Shown in pieces: positions 39,346 through 49,481 of a stretch of 64,000 bases of DNA; the first letter of the stretch is position 1; each line of letters opens with the position of its first letter. The notes beneath the pieces are model-generated. The model saw only the letters and a list, made by a program, of their open reading frames with translations. It was not told the origin of the DNA and did no database searches. Source of the DNA: Candidatus Paceibacter sp. GTDB taxonomy: Bacteria; Patescibacteriota; Patescibacteriia; S139-126. The stretch lies in the NCBI GenBank assembly GCA_020724865.1, contig DYGA01000004.1, positions 6,351 through 70,350 of the forward strand. Reading direction: 5' to 3'. Made by a program: the position numbers and the translations under genes.

Positions 39346-39443
39346 TTGTCGTTACATAAAATATGTTTTATAATTAAATACTGATCGTTATTAAAATATT
39401 AAGAACAGAGTCAAGAATTTAAATTTTTAAAACTCTGTTTTTT
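39346..39443 (+). promoter_or_regulatory. dnaE promoter with terminator-like leader hairpin
   Basis: TTGTCG-17-TATAAT, then AACAGAGT..ACTCTGTT-TTTT before the start codon. Confidence 0.45.
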
Positions 39444-39466
39444 ATTAGTAATTTTCCCCATAGTTT

Positions 39467-42400
39467 ATGAGTTTTGTTCACCTCCATGTTCATAGCCATT
39501 TTTCTTTATTAGATGGTTTGTCAAAAATCGATAAATTGGTAGAAAAAGCCGTAGATTTTCATATGCCAGCCGTAGCTCTAACTGATCACGGAGTAATGTA
39601 TGGAGCAATCGACTTTTACCAAAAATGCAAAAAAGCTGGTATTAAACCTATAATTGGTGTAGAAGCTTATTTGGCGCCTGAGGACCGCTTTAATAAATCT
39701 AGCAACCAAGAAAATAGATACTATCATGTTACCCTACTAGCTAAAGATCTGGCCGGTTACAAAAATTTAATAAAACTGGTTACTAGCGGGCATCTGGAAG
39801 GTTATTACTATAAACCAAGAATTGACTGGAAAATATTAAGTGAAAACTCTGAAGGAATTATTTGCTTATCTGGATGCTTAAAGGGCGAATTACCACAAGC
39901 AATAATAAAAAATCCAAATGATATAGATAAGGTTGTAAAAAAATATTTATCTTTATTTGGCAAAGAAAATTATTATTTTGAAGTTCAGCACCATCCAGGT
40001 ATTTCTGATCAGATAAAAGTTAATGAAGTTATTTACAAATTGGCTAATAAGTACGGGGTCAAAACAGTTGCCACAAATGACGTCCACTATTTAGAACCAG
40101 CAGACGCTGAAGCACACGATACACTTATTTGCCTCCAAACAAAAAGTAAAAAATTTGATCAAAACCGCGTTTCTTATTTACATGATGATTTTTCCTTCCG
40201 TTCCCCCCAAAAAATGAAACAAGACTTTAGAGACCATCCAGAAGTTATTACTAATACTTTAGAAATTGCAGAAAAATGTAATCTGGAAATACCAATGGGT
40301 GAATATTTGCTCCCCAAATATATTTTGCCGGAAGGGATAACCCCAGAAGAAGAATTAAAAAAATTATGCCTACAAGGTTTAAGTAAACGTTATCCGGGAA
40401 AAGAAAATGATGAAAAAATTATTTCCAGAATGAATTATGAGTTGGAAGTAATTAATAAAACTGGGTTTGCCTCTTATTTTCTTATAGTTCAAGATTTTGT
40501 CAATTGGGCAAAAAATAATGGTATTATCGTGGGTCCAGGTCGTGGATCAGCTGCTGGATCTATTGTAGCTTATCTTACCAATATAACCAATATAGATCCA
40601 CTGGAATATGATTTATTATTTGAAAGATTTTTAAATCCGGATCGTATATCTATGCCTGACATCGATTTGGACTTTGCTGATACTAGAAGAGACGAGGTCT
40701 TACGTTATGTCGAAAATAAATATGGCCAAGATCATGTGGCGCAAATAATTACTTTTGGTACTATGGCTGCCAGAGTAGCAGTCAGAGATGTGGGTAGAGT
40801 ATTAGGATTTCCTTATACTTATTGCGATAAACTGGCAAAAATGATCCCCATGTTTACTACCTTGGAAGAAGCTTTGACTAATGTCTCTGAATTAAAAGAA
40901 ATATATAATAACGAGGAAGACGCTCGGATAATAATTGACACTGCCAAAAAACTAGAAGGCATTTCTCGTCATACTTCTACACATGCTTGCGGAGTAGTTA
41001 TTACTCCTAAACCTCTAATAAATTATTTACCACTACAACACGCCACTTCGGATGACAAAACTATAGTAACTCAATATTCTTTACATGCTGTTGAAGATTT
41101 AGGCCTTTTAAAAATGGATTTTTTGGGATTAAAAAATTTAACTTTGATTGAAGCGGCAATAGAAATTATTGAAAAAATTCACGGTAAAAAAATTGACATA
41201 GAAAAAATACCAATAAATGATGAAAAAACTTTTGCCTTACTTCAGGCCGGCGATACCACTGGTGTATTTCAGTTGGAGTCAAGCGGTATGCGTCGTTATT
41301 TAAAATCTTTAAAACCCACAGAACTGGAAGATATTATTGCGATGGTTTCGTTGTATCGTCCTGGTCCGATGGAATTTATTGACGATTATATCAAAGGTAA
41401 ACATGGACAAAAAAAGATAACTTACATTGACAATCGTTTAGAACCAATTTTAGGTAAAACCTACGGCATAGCTGTTTATCAAGAACAAATTATGGAAATT
41501 GCTAGAAAACTGGCTGGCTTTTCTTATGCTGAAGCAGATGTTTTAAGAAAAGCTGTTGGTAAAAAAATTAAATCATTACTTGATACCCAAGAAAAGAAAA
41601 TGATTGATGGTCTAATCGCCAATGGATGTAATGAAAAAACTGCTAAAAAAATTTGGGAATTTATTTTACCATTTGCCCGTTATGGTTTCAATCGAGCTCA
41701 CGCTGCGTGTTACGCTATGATTGCTTATCAAACCGCTTATCTTAAAGCTAACTATCCAACCGAATTCATGGCTGCTCTACTTACTGCCAATCAAAATAAC
41801 TTAGACCGGGTCGCGGCTGAAATTGATGAATGTAAAAAAATCGGTATTGAAGTTTTACCCCCTGAAATTAATGAAAGTTTTTCTACCTTTACGGTTGTGG
41901 CCAGTACTATTGATGCCAAACATCCTAGAATTCGTTTTGGCTTAGCCACTATAAAAAATGTGGGTTTAGGTGTTGTTAAAGCCATAATAAAAGAACGTAA
42001 GGCCAACGGTAATTTTAAATCTCTCGCAGATTTTTTATTTCGGGTTCACGACAAAGATCTAAATAAAAAGTCTTTAGAATCTTTAATTAAATCAGGAACA
42101 CTTGATGTGTTAGGTGAACGTGGCCAAATGTTGGCTAACTTAGATTTACTACTCCAATATAACAAATATGCTAAAAAATCTGAAAATTCAAGACAAACAA
42201 ATATTTTTGGTCTAACAAATAAATCAGCTCCACCACTTAAATTAGAATCAACCGAAAAATCAAGCGAGGCAAAAAATTTAGCTTGGGAAAAAGAACTACT
42301 TGGTCTATATATATCCTCTCACCCTTTGAAAAGTTTTGCTGACTATTTACAACAAACCAATATCAAACCTTGCAAAAATCTATCTAATTTTTTAAATCAA

Positions 42401-42943
42401 ATGGTGTATGTAGTGGGAGTGATAGATAAAATTAAAAAGATTATTACCCGAAAGGGAGAAACTATGGTATTTGTAAATATTGAAGACTATACCGCATCGA
42501 CGGAAATAATAGTATTTCCTACAATTTATAAAAATACTCGTGAGCTATGGATAGAGGGAGAAACAATTTTAGTTAAAGGCAAAGTATCAAACAAAGATAA
42601 CGAAATAAAAATATTAGCCGAAGAAGTGAGAAAACTGGATATTAATAATTTAAAAAGAAATTTTCCGTTAGATAAAAAATCTACCAAAAATAATTCTTTC
42701 TCTCAAACTAATTTACAAATAATACAAGAGCAAGGGAAAATTTATTTACAACTCCCCCTTAAAACAAAAGCAAAACTTATTGAAGAGTTAAAAAATATTT
42801 TTCTTAGTCATCCTGGTGAAAAACAAGTGATGCTGATTGTCCGCCAAGAAAAACAAATTAGAAAAATTGCCACTAATTTCTCAATTAGTTATAATGAAAC
42901 TGTTAAACAAAAAATCGAGCTAGCATGGCAATATTATGGTTAA
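39467..42943 (+). CDS. dnaE: DNA polymerase III alpha subunit
   Basis: HLHVHSHFSLLDG PHP domain, GPGRGSAAGS, MPDIDLDF, KMDFLGL; no intein seen. Confidence 0.97.
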   Translation: MSFVHLHVHSHFSLLDGLSKIDKLVEKAVDFHMPAVALTDHGVMYGAIDFYQKCKKAGIKPIIGVEAYLAPEDRFNKSSNQENRYYHVTLLAKDLAGYKNLIKLVTSGHLEGYYYKPRIDWKILSENSEGIICLSGCLKGELPQAIIKNPNDIDKVVKKYLSLFGKENYYFEVQHHPGISDQIKVNEVIYKLANKYGVKTVATNDVHYLEPADAEAHDTLICLQTKSKKFDQNRVSYLHDDFSFRSPQKMKQDFRDHPEVITNTLEIAEKCNLEIPMGEYLLPKYILPEGITPEEELKKLCLQGLSKRYPGKENDEKIISRMNYELEVINKTGFASYFLIVQDFVNWAKNNGIIVGPGRGSAAGSIVAYLTNITNIDPLEYDLLFERFLNPDRISMPDIDLDFADTRRDEVLRYVENKYGQDHVAQIITFGTMAARVAVRDVGRVLGFPYTYCDKLAKMIPMFTTLEEALTNVSELKEIYNNEEDARIIIDTAKKLEGISRHTSTHACGVVITPKPLINYLPLQHATSDDKTIVTQYSLHAVEDLGLLKMDFLGLKNLTLIEAAIEIIEKIHGKKIDIEKIPINDEKTFALLQAGDTTGVFQLESSGMRRYLKSLKPTELEDIIAMVSLYRPGPMEFIDDYIKGKHGQKKITYIDNRLEPILGKTYGIAVYQEQIMEIARKLAGFSYAEADVLRKAVGKKIKSLLDTQEKKMIDGLIANGCNEKTAKKIWEFILPFARYGFNRAHAACYAMIAYQTAYLKANYPTEFMAALLTANQNNLDRVAAEIDECKKIGIEVLPPEINESFSTFTVVASTIDAKHPRIRFGLATIKNVGLGVVKAIIKERKANGNFKSLADFLFRVHDKDLNKKSLESLIKSGTLDVLGERGQMLANLDLLLQYNKYAKKSENSRQTNIFGLTNKSAPPLKLESTEKSSEAKNLAWEKELLGLYISSHPLKSFADYLQQTNIKPCKNLSNFLNQMVYVVGVIDKIKKIITRKGETMVFVNIEDYTASTEIIVFPTIYKNTRELWIEGETILVKGKVSNKDNEIKILAEEVRKLDINNLKRNFPLDKKSTKNNSFSQTNLQIIQEQGKIYLQLPLKTKAKLIEELKNIFLSHPGEKQVMLIVRQEKQIRKIATNFSISYNETVKQKIELAWQYYG

Positions 42944-44084
42944 AATAAATTCACCAAAAAATAAAGAACCTAAAGCTGCAATCTCTAAAGTTAACAGACA
43001 AATTACCGTTGGTTTTGTTTTGACTACTATCTCTCTTATCGTGATTATTGCCTATTTTTCACTATCTAGAGCAATTATTTATATTACTCCTGAAAAATTT
43101 TCTGTCGAGGCAAGCGCTGAATTGCAAATATTACCTGAAGTAACCTCAACCTTAACTAGTTCAAATATTTTGCCCGGAATTGTTACCTCTACTATTCTAA
43201 GTGCTCAAAATCAATTTTCCCCTTCAGAAAAAACAACCATTCAAGAAAAAGCTACCGGCATAGTGACTATTATAAATAATTATTCCCGAAATCAAACTTT
43301 AGTAGCAACTACTAGATTATTATCTCCAAAAAATATGCTTTACCGCACTACAGAGACGGTGATTGTTCCGGCCGGCGGTAGCGTTCAAGTGCCTATCATA
43401 GCCGACGGTTCTGGTGATGAATATGAAACCGAACCAACAAATTTTACTATTCCCGGTCTATGGGAAGGACTCCAAAATAAAATATATGCTGTAGCTGATG
43501 GAAAAATAACGAAAAAAACAACCAGCATGCGAATCATCACCCCTCAAGATCTAGAAAACGCTAAAGATGAACTCCTGATTACACTAGATAAAAAAGCTAA
43601 ACAAGAAGTGATTAACCGTGATGACTACTTGAGTATCACAAATATTACTCTAATTTCTACCAGCACTTCTAATCCAGTCGGAGCAGATGTAAATAGTTAT
43701 GAAATGAAAATAACAGCCAAAGTTGATATTGTGGCTTTTTCTAAAAATGATTTAGAAAAACTAGCTGTCAATAACCTAAAAAATTCTTTACCTGATAAAC
43801 AAACCTATCTAAATCATGACCCGGAATCTCTGACTTATGATTTATTAGATTATAGTTTAAATCCGCCATCAGCAAATATTAAAATCAACATCAAAGGGAC
43901 GGCTATAGCTGATATTCTTGATCAATTTAGCAAAAAAGATATTTTAGGTTTTTCCGAACAAGATGTTTTAGAATATTTTAAAAATAAATTTAATATCACC
44001 AATATTCAAGTTCATTTTTCTCCGAGTTGGGTAAAATCTATACCTCCTCTAGAGGATCATGTGGAAATAAAAATAGTGAAATAA
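42936..44084 (+). CDS. Membrane-anchored protein with baseplate-J-like domain
   Basis: TM, then KATGIVTIIN..LVATTRL..V.VPAG..V..IAD..G..Y..FTIPGL pattern. Confidence 0.6.
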   Translation: MVKINSPKNKEPKAAISKVNRQITVGFVLTTISLIVIIAYFSLSRAIIYITPEKFSVEASAELQILPEVTSTLTSSNILPGIVTSTILSAQNQFSPSEKTTIQEKATGIVTIINNYSRNQTLVATTRLLSPKNMLYRTTETVIVPAGGSVQVPIIADGSGDEYETEPTNFTIPGLWEGLQNKIYAVADGKITKKTTSMRIITPQDLENAKDELLITLDKKAKQEVINRDDYLSITNITLISTSTSNPVGADVNSYEMKITAKVDIVAFSKNDLEKLAVNNLKNSLPDKQTYLNHDPESLTYDLLDYSLNPPSANIKINIKGTAIADILDQFSKKDILGFSEQDVLEYFKNKFNITNIQVHFSPSWVKSIPPLEDHVEIKIVK

Positions 44085-44092
44085 TTTAAGAG

Positions 44093-44121
44093 TTGACAAT
44101 AAAATTAATAAAAACTACTAT
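44093..44121 (+). promoter_or_regulatory. Sigma70-type promoter of the T-box leader
   Basis: TTGACA-17-TACTAT. Confidence 0.7.
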
Positions 44122-44126
44122 ACAGA

Positions 44127-44347
44127 TACTAGGACACGTAGCCAAATCACTCCTTAACAGAGAGAAAAAGCCATAGGCTGAAAGCTTTTTCTAAGGTAAG
44201 TCTTGAGCTATACCACCTAGTTTCTGCTCAGCAGAATAAATTAATAGGTTTTCAAAAGAGTGTCTCTATTCTTAGAGAAATTCGGGTGGAACCGTCCTAA
44301 TTAATCCTAGGACCCCGAAAGCATAGTGCTTTGGGGATTTTTTATTT
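44127..44347 (+). promoter_or_regulatory. T-box riboswitch (Thr specifier ACC)
   Basis: Stem I CTAGG..CCTAG with AGAGA and GGCTGAAAG, ACC at 44212-44214, T-box AATTCGGGTGGAACCG, antiterminator partner GGACCCCG, terminator CCCCGAAAGCA-TAG-TGCTTTGGGG plus T tract; upstream of thrS. Confidence 0.85.
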
Positions 44348-44670
44348 AAAACCCTAAAGTTCATCAGAAATTATTATTTGTCCTTTATAAAAAAACTTTG
44401 CCAGCTTGAAAACGGTCAATACTAATATCCTATATAAATAATTACTTTGATCATATCGTTTCAGTATTGGCATGTAAACCAGGCATTACTCAAACTTGTA
44501 AATTTGGAAAATTTTCTATTATAATTTTACTGATAGCCAACTAAAATTAAATTCGTTGAGATATTATTATCAAATAAAGCTCTTTCTTTAAAAATATTAT
44601 TAATAAACAAAATTTTCATTTTTAGCTCCTATTATTTAAAATAAACAATTAAGAAATATAAATTAAAAAT

Positions 44671-46431
44671 ATGTCAATATCAAAAAAATCAGACCAAACG
44701 GAACTAGATGCACTAAGACACTCTGCGGCTCATTTATTAGCTGCCGCGGTTCTGGAATTGTGGCCAGATACTAAAAACACAATTGGTCCGGCAATTGCCA
44801 ACGGCTTTTACTATGATTTTGAATTTCAACATCCTATTTCGGAAAATGATTTACCACTAATTGAAAATAAAATGCGAGAACTTATAGCAACTTGGGATGA
44901 ATTCAAACGTGAGGAAGTTGACCTAAAAAAAGCCAAAGAAATTTATCATGATAATCAATACAAATTGGAATTGATAGAACAATTCTCCAGCGAAGGTAAA
45001 ACTTTAACTTTATTTCATTCAGGTAAATTTACTGACCTTTGCCGAGGCGGACACATATCAAAGCCAAATAAAGAACTAAAATATTTTAAACTTTTATCTT
45101 TAGCCGGGGCCTATTGGCGAGGTAACGAAAAAAATACTATGCTCACACGTATTTACGGAACGGCTTTTTTTTCTCAAAAAGAACTAGATGAATATTTAAA
45201 TAAACTTGAAGAAGCAAAAAAACGTGATCATAGAAAAATTGGCCAAGACCAAGAACTTTTCTTTTTTGATCCTTTAGTGGGTAAAGGTCTGCCAATTTGG
45301 TTACCAAAAGGAACAATTATTAAAAACGAAATCGAAAAATTAGCTATAAAATTTGAAAATGAATATGGTTATCAAAGAATTTCAACTCCTCATTTAGCTA
45401 AAGAAGAATTATATCTCACTTCTGGCCACCTACCATATTATCAAGATTCAATGTATCCAGCTATGGTCATGGATGACGGGACTTATTATTTAAAAGCTAT
45501 GAATTGTCCTCATCATCATATTATTTTTAAATCAAAACCTAGAAGTTATCGCGACCTACCAATAAGATTAGCAGAATATGGTACGGTTTATCGTAATGAG
45601 CTTTCGGGTACTTTGGCAGGACTGCTCCGAGTTAGATCGCTACAAATGAATGATGCTCATATTTATTGTCGTAAAGATCAAATCAAAGATGAAGTTAAAA
45701 AAGTTATTACATTAAATTTAGAACTATTTAAAATATTTGGGTTAAAAAATTTTTGGTTTAGACTTTCAAAATGGGATCCTAACCATAAAGAAAAATATGT
45801 TGATGAGCCAACCAATTGGGAAGATTGTCAAAATATTCTACGTGAAGTATTAGCCGAAAATAAATTAGATTTTATTGAAGTAGATGATGAAGCCGCTTTT
45901 TACGGACCAAAAATAGATGTTCAATTTGAATCAGTTATTGGCCGGGAAGAAACTATGTCTACTATTCAACTTGATTTTGTTGCCAAAACAAAATTTAATC
46001 TTTCTTATACAGATAATCAAGGTAAAGAAAATAATGAAATTTTTGTAATTCACCGCGCTCCTCTATCAACCCACGAAAGATTTATGGCCTTTTTAATTGA
46101 ACATTACGCTGGCACTTGGCCAGTTTGGCTCTCACCTATTCAAGTTGCGATAATTTCCGTGGGTAAAGAACATCATAACTTTTGTCAGCAATTGGCTGAA
46201 GAATTTAAAAAAACTAATATTCGCGTTGAAGTTGACGATGCTAATGAAACAGTTGGTAATAAAATTCGCAAAGCCAGCCACAATAAAATACCTTATATTT
46301 TGGTAATTGGGGACAAAGAAATGAAATCGGAAGAACTAGCAGTTCGAGTTCGGGGACAAGAAAAATTACTAAAAATCAGAAAAAAAGAGTTTATTGATCA
46401 TGTGCTAAAAGAAGTAAACGATCATCAATAA
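44671..46431 (+). CDS. thrS: Threonine--tRNA ligase
   Basis: RHSAAH, DLCRGGH, RDHRKIG, MNCPHH, AAFYGPKID, TIQLDF. Confidence 0.97.
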   Translation: MSISKKSDQTELDALRHSAAHLLAAAVLELWPDTKNTIGPAIANGFYYDFEFQHPISENDLPLIENKMRELIATWDEFKREEVDLKKAKEIYHDNQYKLELIEQFSSEGKTLTLFHSGKFTDLCRGGHISKPNKELKYFKLLSLAGAYWRGNEKNTMLTRIYGTAFFSQKELDEYLNKLEEAKKRDHRKIGQDQELFFFDPLVGKGLPIWLPKGTIIKNEIEKLAIKFENEYGYQRISTPHLAKEELYLTSGHLPYYQDSMYPAMVMDDGTYYLKAMNCPHHHIIFKSKPRSYRDLPIRLAEYGTVYRNELSGTLAGLLRVRSLQMNDAHIYCRKDQIKDEVKKVITLNLELFKIFGLKNFWFRLSKWDPNHKEKYVDEPTNWEDCQNILREVLAENKLDFIEVDDEAAFYGPKIDVQFESVIGREETMSTIQLDFVAKTKFNLSYTDNQGKENNEIFVIHRAPLSTHERFMAFLIEHYAGTWPVWLSPIQVAIISVGKEHHNFCQQLAEEFKKTNIRVEVDDANETVGNKIRKASHNKIPYILVIGDKEMKSEELAVRVRGQEKLLKIRKKEFIDHVLKEVNDHQ

Positions 46432-46444
46432 ATTAAAATAATTT

Positions 46445-46480
46445 CATAAAACAAACCTCAAACTTGAGGTTTGTTTTATG
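46445..46480 (+). terminator. Terminator with perfect 17-bp inverted repeat
   Basis: CATAAAACAAACCTCAA-AC-TTGAGGTTTGTTTTATG. Confidence 0.75.
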
Positions 46481-46570
46481 ATTGACAAATTTTAAAAAAA
46501 ATGATAATTTTTTTTATTAAACTTTAAAAACCTATCACAAATCTACAAAAAAAATAAAGGAGTATCAATA

Positions 46571-47038
46571 ATGAATGCTATTACCGGCTCAAATAATAAT
46601 TTAGCCAAGGTTGTCTTGGCTGAATATCGCCGAATATTTGTCTGTGATAATGTAGCAGTAAAAATTCCTCTCATGGGTAAATATATGCGTTATGATTCTG
46701 CACATAAAATTTCTGTTAATGGCAAAACCATATATATTCCAGGACACTATGTGCTAGGATTTATTTTTCCTGGCAAAATTATAATGTACAGACACTTTTA
46801 TATTTCTGAGGAATCATTGGGGAAAACCATTAATGCAAAAATTGTTCTTTACAAAAAAGTATATTTGGACAAACGTGTCCAATATATTCTAGATGTCAAA
46901 CCACAATCTTCTTCGAGTCCAAGATATGAGTTGAAAATAATTACTGAAAAACCTACGAAAAACAAGGATCTTGGTCCATTAATTTGTCTGGAAGGCAAAG
47001 CAATTGGTAAAATTGCTTGCCGAGAAATTATTCAATAA
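46571..47038 (+). CDS. Hypothetical protein
   Basis: 155-aa ORF; TTGACA upstream, SD AAGGAG, hairpin at 47046-47069. Confidence 0.6.
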   Translation: MNAITGSNNNLAKVVLAEYRRIFVCDNVAVKIPLMGKYMRYDSAHKISVNGKTIYIPGHYVLGFIFPGKIIMYRHFYISEESLGKTINAKIVLYKKVYLDKRVQYILDVKPQSSSSPRYELKIITEKPTKNKDLGPLICLEGKAIGKIACREIIQ

Positions 47039-47188
47039 AATAAATAAGGACGGCTTTCTGGCTGTCCTTTATTAATATTTTTTAACTTGGAATTATATTA
47101 ATTTAAAATTATTAACATATTTTTTAATTATCAATCTTAAATTCTTGCTTCTTATTATTTTATTCTATATAATACAAAGCACAAAAAT

Positions 47189-48508
47189 ATGCCAACAAAA
47201 AAACTAAAATATTATTTATTTGTCATTGGTTGTCAAATGAATTTATCTGATGCGGAAAGACTAGAAACCATATTGCAATCAATCGGCTATACCAAAACTA
47301 CCAAAGAAGCAGAAGCTGATTTTATTGGTGTAGTTTCGTGTGCTGTTAGACAAAAAGCCATGGATAGGATCTATGGTAAGATTAGACAATGGAACTTAAT
47401 AAAAGAATCTCGTCCTCTTATTACCCTATTAACCGGTTGCGTACTTAAACACGACAAAAATAAACTAAAATATCAATTCGATATTCTGTTGGATATGAAA
47501 GATATTCAAAAATTGCCAGAACAATTACAATCAAGACAAGCAACTTTGGGAAATTTTATTCCAGCCATCTCTTATTTGCAAATCAAACCTAGTTATGAAT
47601 CAAAATTCAAAGCATATGTGCCGATTATGACGGGATGCAATAAATTCTGTACCTATTGCGCTGTCCCCTATACTAGAGGGCCTGAAGTTTCTCGACCAGC
47701 TGAAGAAATATTTACTGAAATAAAAGAATTATTAAACAAGGGCTATAAAGAAATTACGTTACTTGGACAAAATGTAAACTCCTATGGACTTGACAATAAA
47801 GACACCCGCAGTCCCAACTATAAGAAAAAAATGTTATCTTTTGCTGAATTACTTGAAAAAATAAATTCTTGGCGCGGCGATTTTTGGTTACGATTCGTTA
47901 CCTCCCATCCTTATGATATGTCGGATGATTTAATTAGTGTAATGGCTGAAAGAAAACACCTGGCTGAATATTTGCATCTACCAGTACAATCAGGTAACAA
48001 CGACATTTTAAAAAAAATGAATCGTTATTATACGGTAGAAAGTTATTTAGAAAAATTATTTGATATTAGACAAAAAATTCCTGGCATTTCTGTATCTACC
48101 GATATCATAGTTGGTTTTGCCGGTGAAACCGAAAAACAATTTTTAGATACAGCCAAACTAATGCAACAAGCAAAATATGATATGGCCTACATCGCACAAT
48201 ATTCTCCGCGTCCAGGGACTTCAGCTCATCGTTTGTATAAAGATTCAGTACCTGCCGAAGAAAAAAAACGTCGTGAAAATTATCTAAATGAAATTTTAAA
48301 AACAACCGCCAAAGAATACAACCAAAAATTTACCAACCAATTTACCACCGTACTGGTTGATGGAATAAAAAATAAAAAATTATACGGAAAAAATCGTGAA
48401 TTCAAAACCGTCCAATTTATTGGACAAAAAAAACTAATAGGCAATTTTGTCAAAGTAAAAATAAAAAACACTGGACCGTGGGGATTAATCGGCAACAAAA
48501 TAAAATAA
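47189..48508 (+). CDS. miaB: tRNA methylthiotransferase MiaB
   Basis: GCQMN..D.E, radical SAM CNKFCTYC, LLGQNVNSYG, YSPRPGT, TRAM domain; adjacent to miaA. Confidence 0.92.
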   Translation: MPTKKLKYYLFVIGCQMNLSDAERLETILQSIGYTKTTKEAEADFIGVVSCAVRQKAMDRIYGKIRQWNLIKESRPLITLLTGCVLKHDKNKLKYQFDILLDMKDIQKLPEQLQSRQATLGNFIPAISYLQIKPSYESKFKAYVPIMTGCNKFCTYCAVPYTRGPEVSRPAEEIFTEIKELLNKGYKEITLLGQNVNSYGLDNKDTRSPNYKKKMLSFAELLEKINSWRGDFWLRFVTSHPYDMSDDLISVMAERKHLAEYLHLPVQSGNNDILKKMNRYYTVESYLEKLFDIRQKIPGISVSTDIIVGFAGETEKQFLDTAKLMQQAKYDMAYIAQYSPRPGTSAHRLYKDSVPAEEKKRRENYLNEILKTTAKEYNQKFTNQFTTVLVDGIKNKKLYGKNREFKTVQFIGQKKLIGNFVKVKIKNTGPWGLIGNKIK

Positions 48509-48509
48509 T

Positions 48510-49457
48510 ATGAACAAACAAAAAATTGTAGTAATATTAGGGCCCACTGCATCAGGTAAAACAGAACTGGCTTTAAAAATAGCCAAAAAATTCAATGGTT
48601 ACATAATTTCGGCTGACTCTAGACAGATCTATAAAGAAATGAATATTGGCACTGCTAAACCTCGAGGTAAAATCAAGCAACTTGAATTAAAAATAAAAGA
48701 AATAAATAATCATATTTATTTTGTACAAGATATACCTCATTTTTTAATAGATTACATTACACCAGATCAACCATTTACTTTGGCCGATTGGCTAAAAGTT
48801 ACAAAAAAAATATTAAATTCCAAAATACTAAATTCAAAATTCCGTATTCCCATAATCTGCGGGGGCACGGGGCTTTATATTTCAGCTTTAGTTAATAATT
48901 TTCAATTACCAAAAGGTAAAATCAATTTAAATTTAAGAAATAAATTAAATCAATTATCATTGACTACACTACTCGCCAAACTAAAAAAACTTGATTTAGA
49001 AACTTACAATTCAATTGATAAAAAAAATAAAAGAAAAATTATTAGAACTGTAGAATATATTTTAACAAACAACCAACTTTTTAAGCCTGAATATAAACCA
49101 GCTCAATCACCTTATCAATTTCTACAAATCGGATTGGATATTTCACGCGAACAACTTTATCAAAAAATCAACCAACGAGTAGATCAAATGTTAAAAAATG
49201 GTTTAATTGCAGAAACTAAACGGCTTACAAAAAAATATTCAACTAATCTGCCAGCGATGTCAGGGATTGGTTATCGTCAAATAAATATGTATTTAAATGG
49301 TAGTTTAGATAAAACCGCAGCCGTTGAACAAATCAAACGCGATAGCCGTCATTATGCCAAACGCCAACTCACCTGGTTTAAACGAGATAAAAAAATTAAC
49401 TGGGTAAAAAATTATGCTACGGCGGAAAAATTGGTTAAAGATTTTTTGTCAAAATAA
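48510..49457 (+). CDS. miaA: tRNA dimethylallyltransferase
   Basis: GPTASGKT, SADSRQIY..IGTAKP, GGTGLY, YAKRQLTWF. Confidence 0.96.
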   Translation: MNKQKIVVILGPTASGKTELALKIAKKFNGYIISADSRQIYKEMNIGTAKPRGKIKQLELKIKEINNHIYFVQDIPHFLIDYITPDQPFTLADWLKVTKKILNSKILNSKFRIPIICGGTGLYISALVNNFQLPKGKINLNLRNKLNQLSLTTLLAKLKKLDLETYNSIDKKNKRKIIRTVEYILTNNQLFKPEYKPAQSPYQFLQIGLDISREQLYQKINQRVDQMLKNGLIAETKRLTKKYSTNLPAMSGIGYRQINMYLNGSLDKTAAVEQIKRDSRHYAKRQLTWFKRDKKINWVKNYATAEKLVKDFLSK

Positions 49458-49458
49458 A

Positions 49459-49478
49459 AGGGAGCTAAGTTGCTCCCT
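49459..49478. terminator. Terminator between convergent genes
   Basis: AGGGAGC/GCTCCCT. Confidence 0.65.
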
Positions 49479-49481
49479 ATT

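Noticed and set aside
46445-46480. 17-bp perfect palindrome as a MITE or recombination site
   Set aside because: Single copy right after the thrS stop with a T-rich arm; a terminator explains it
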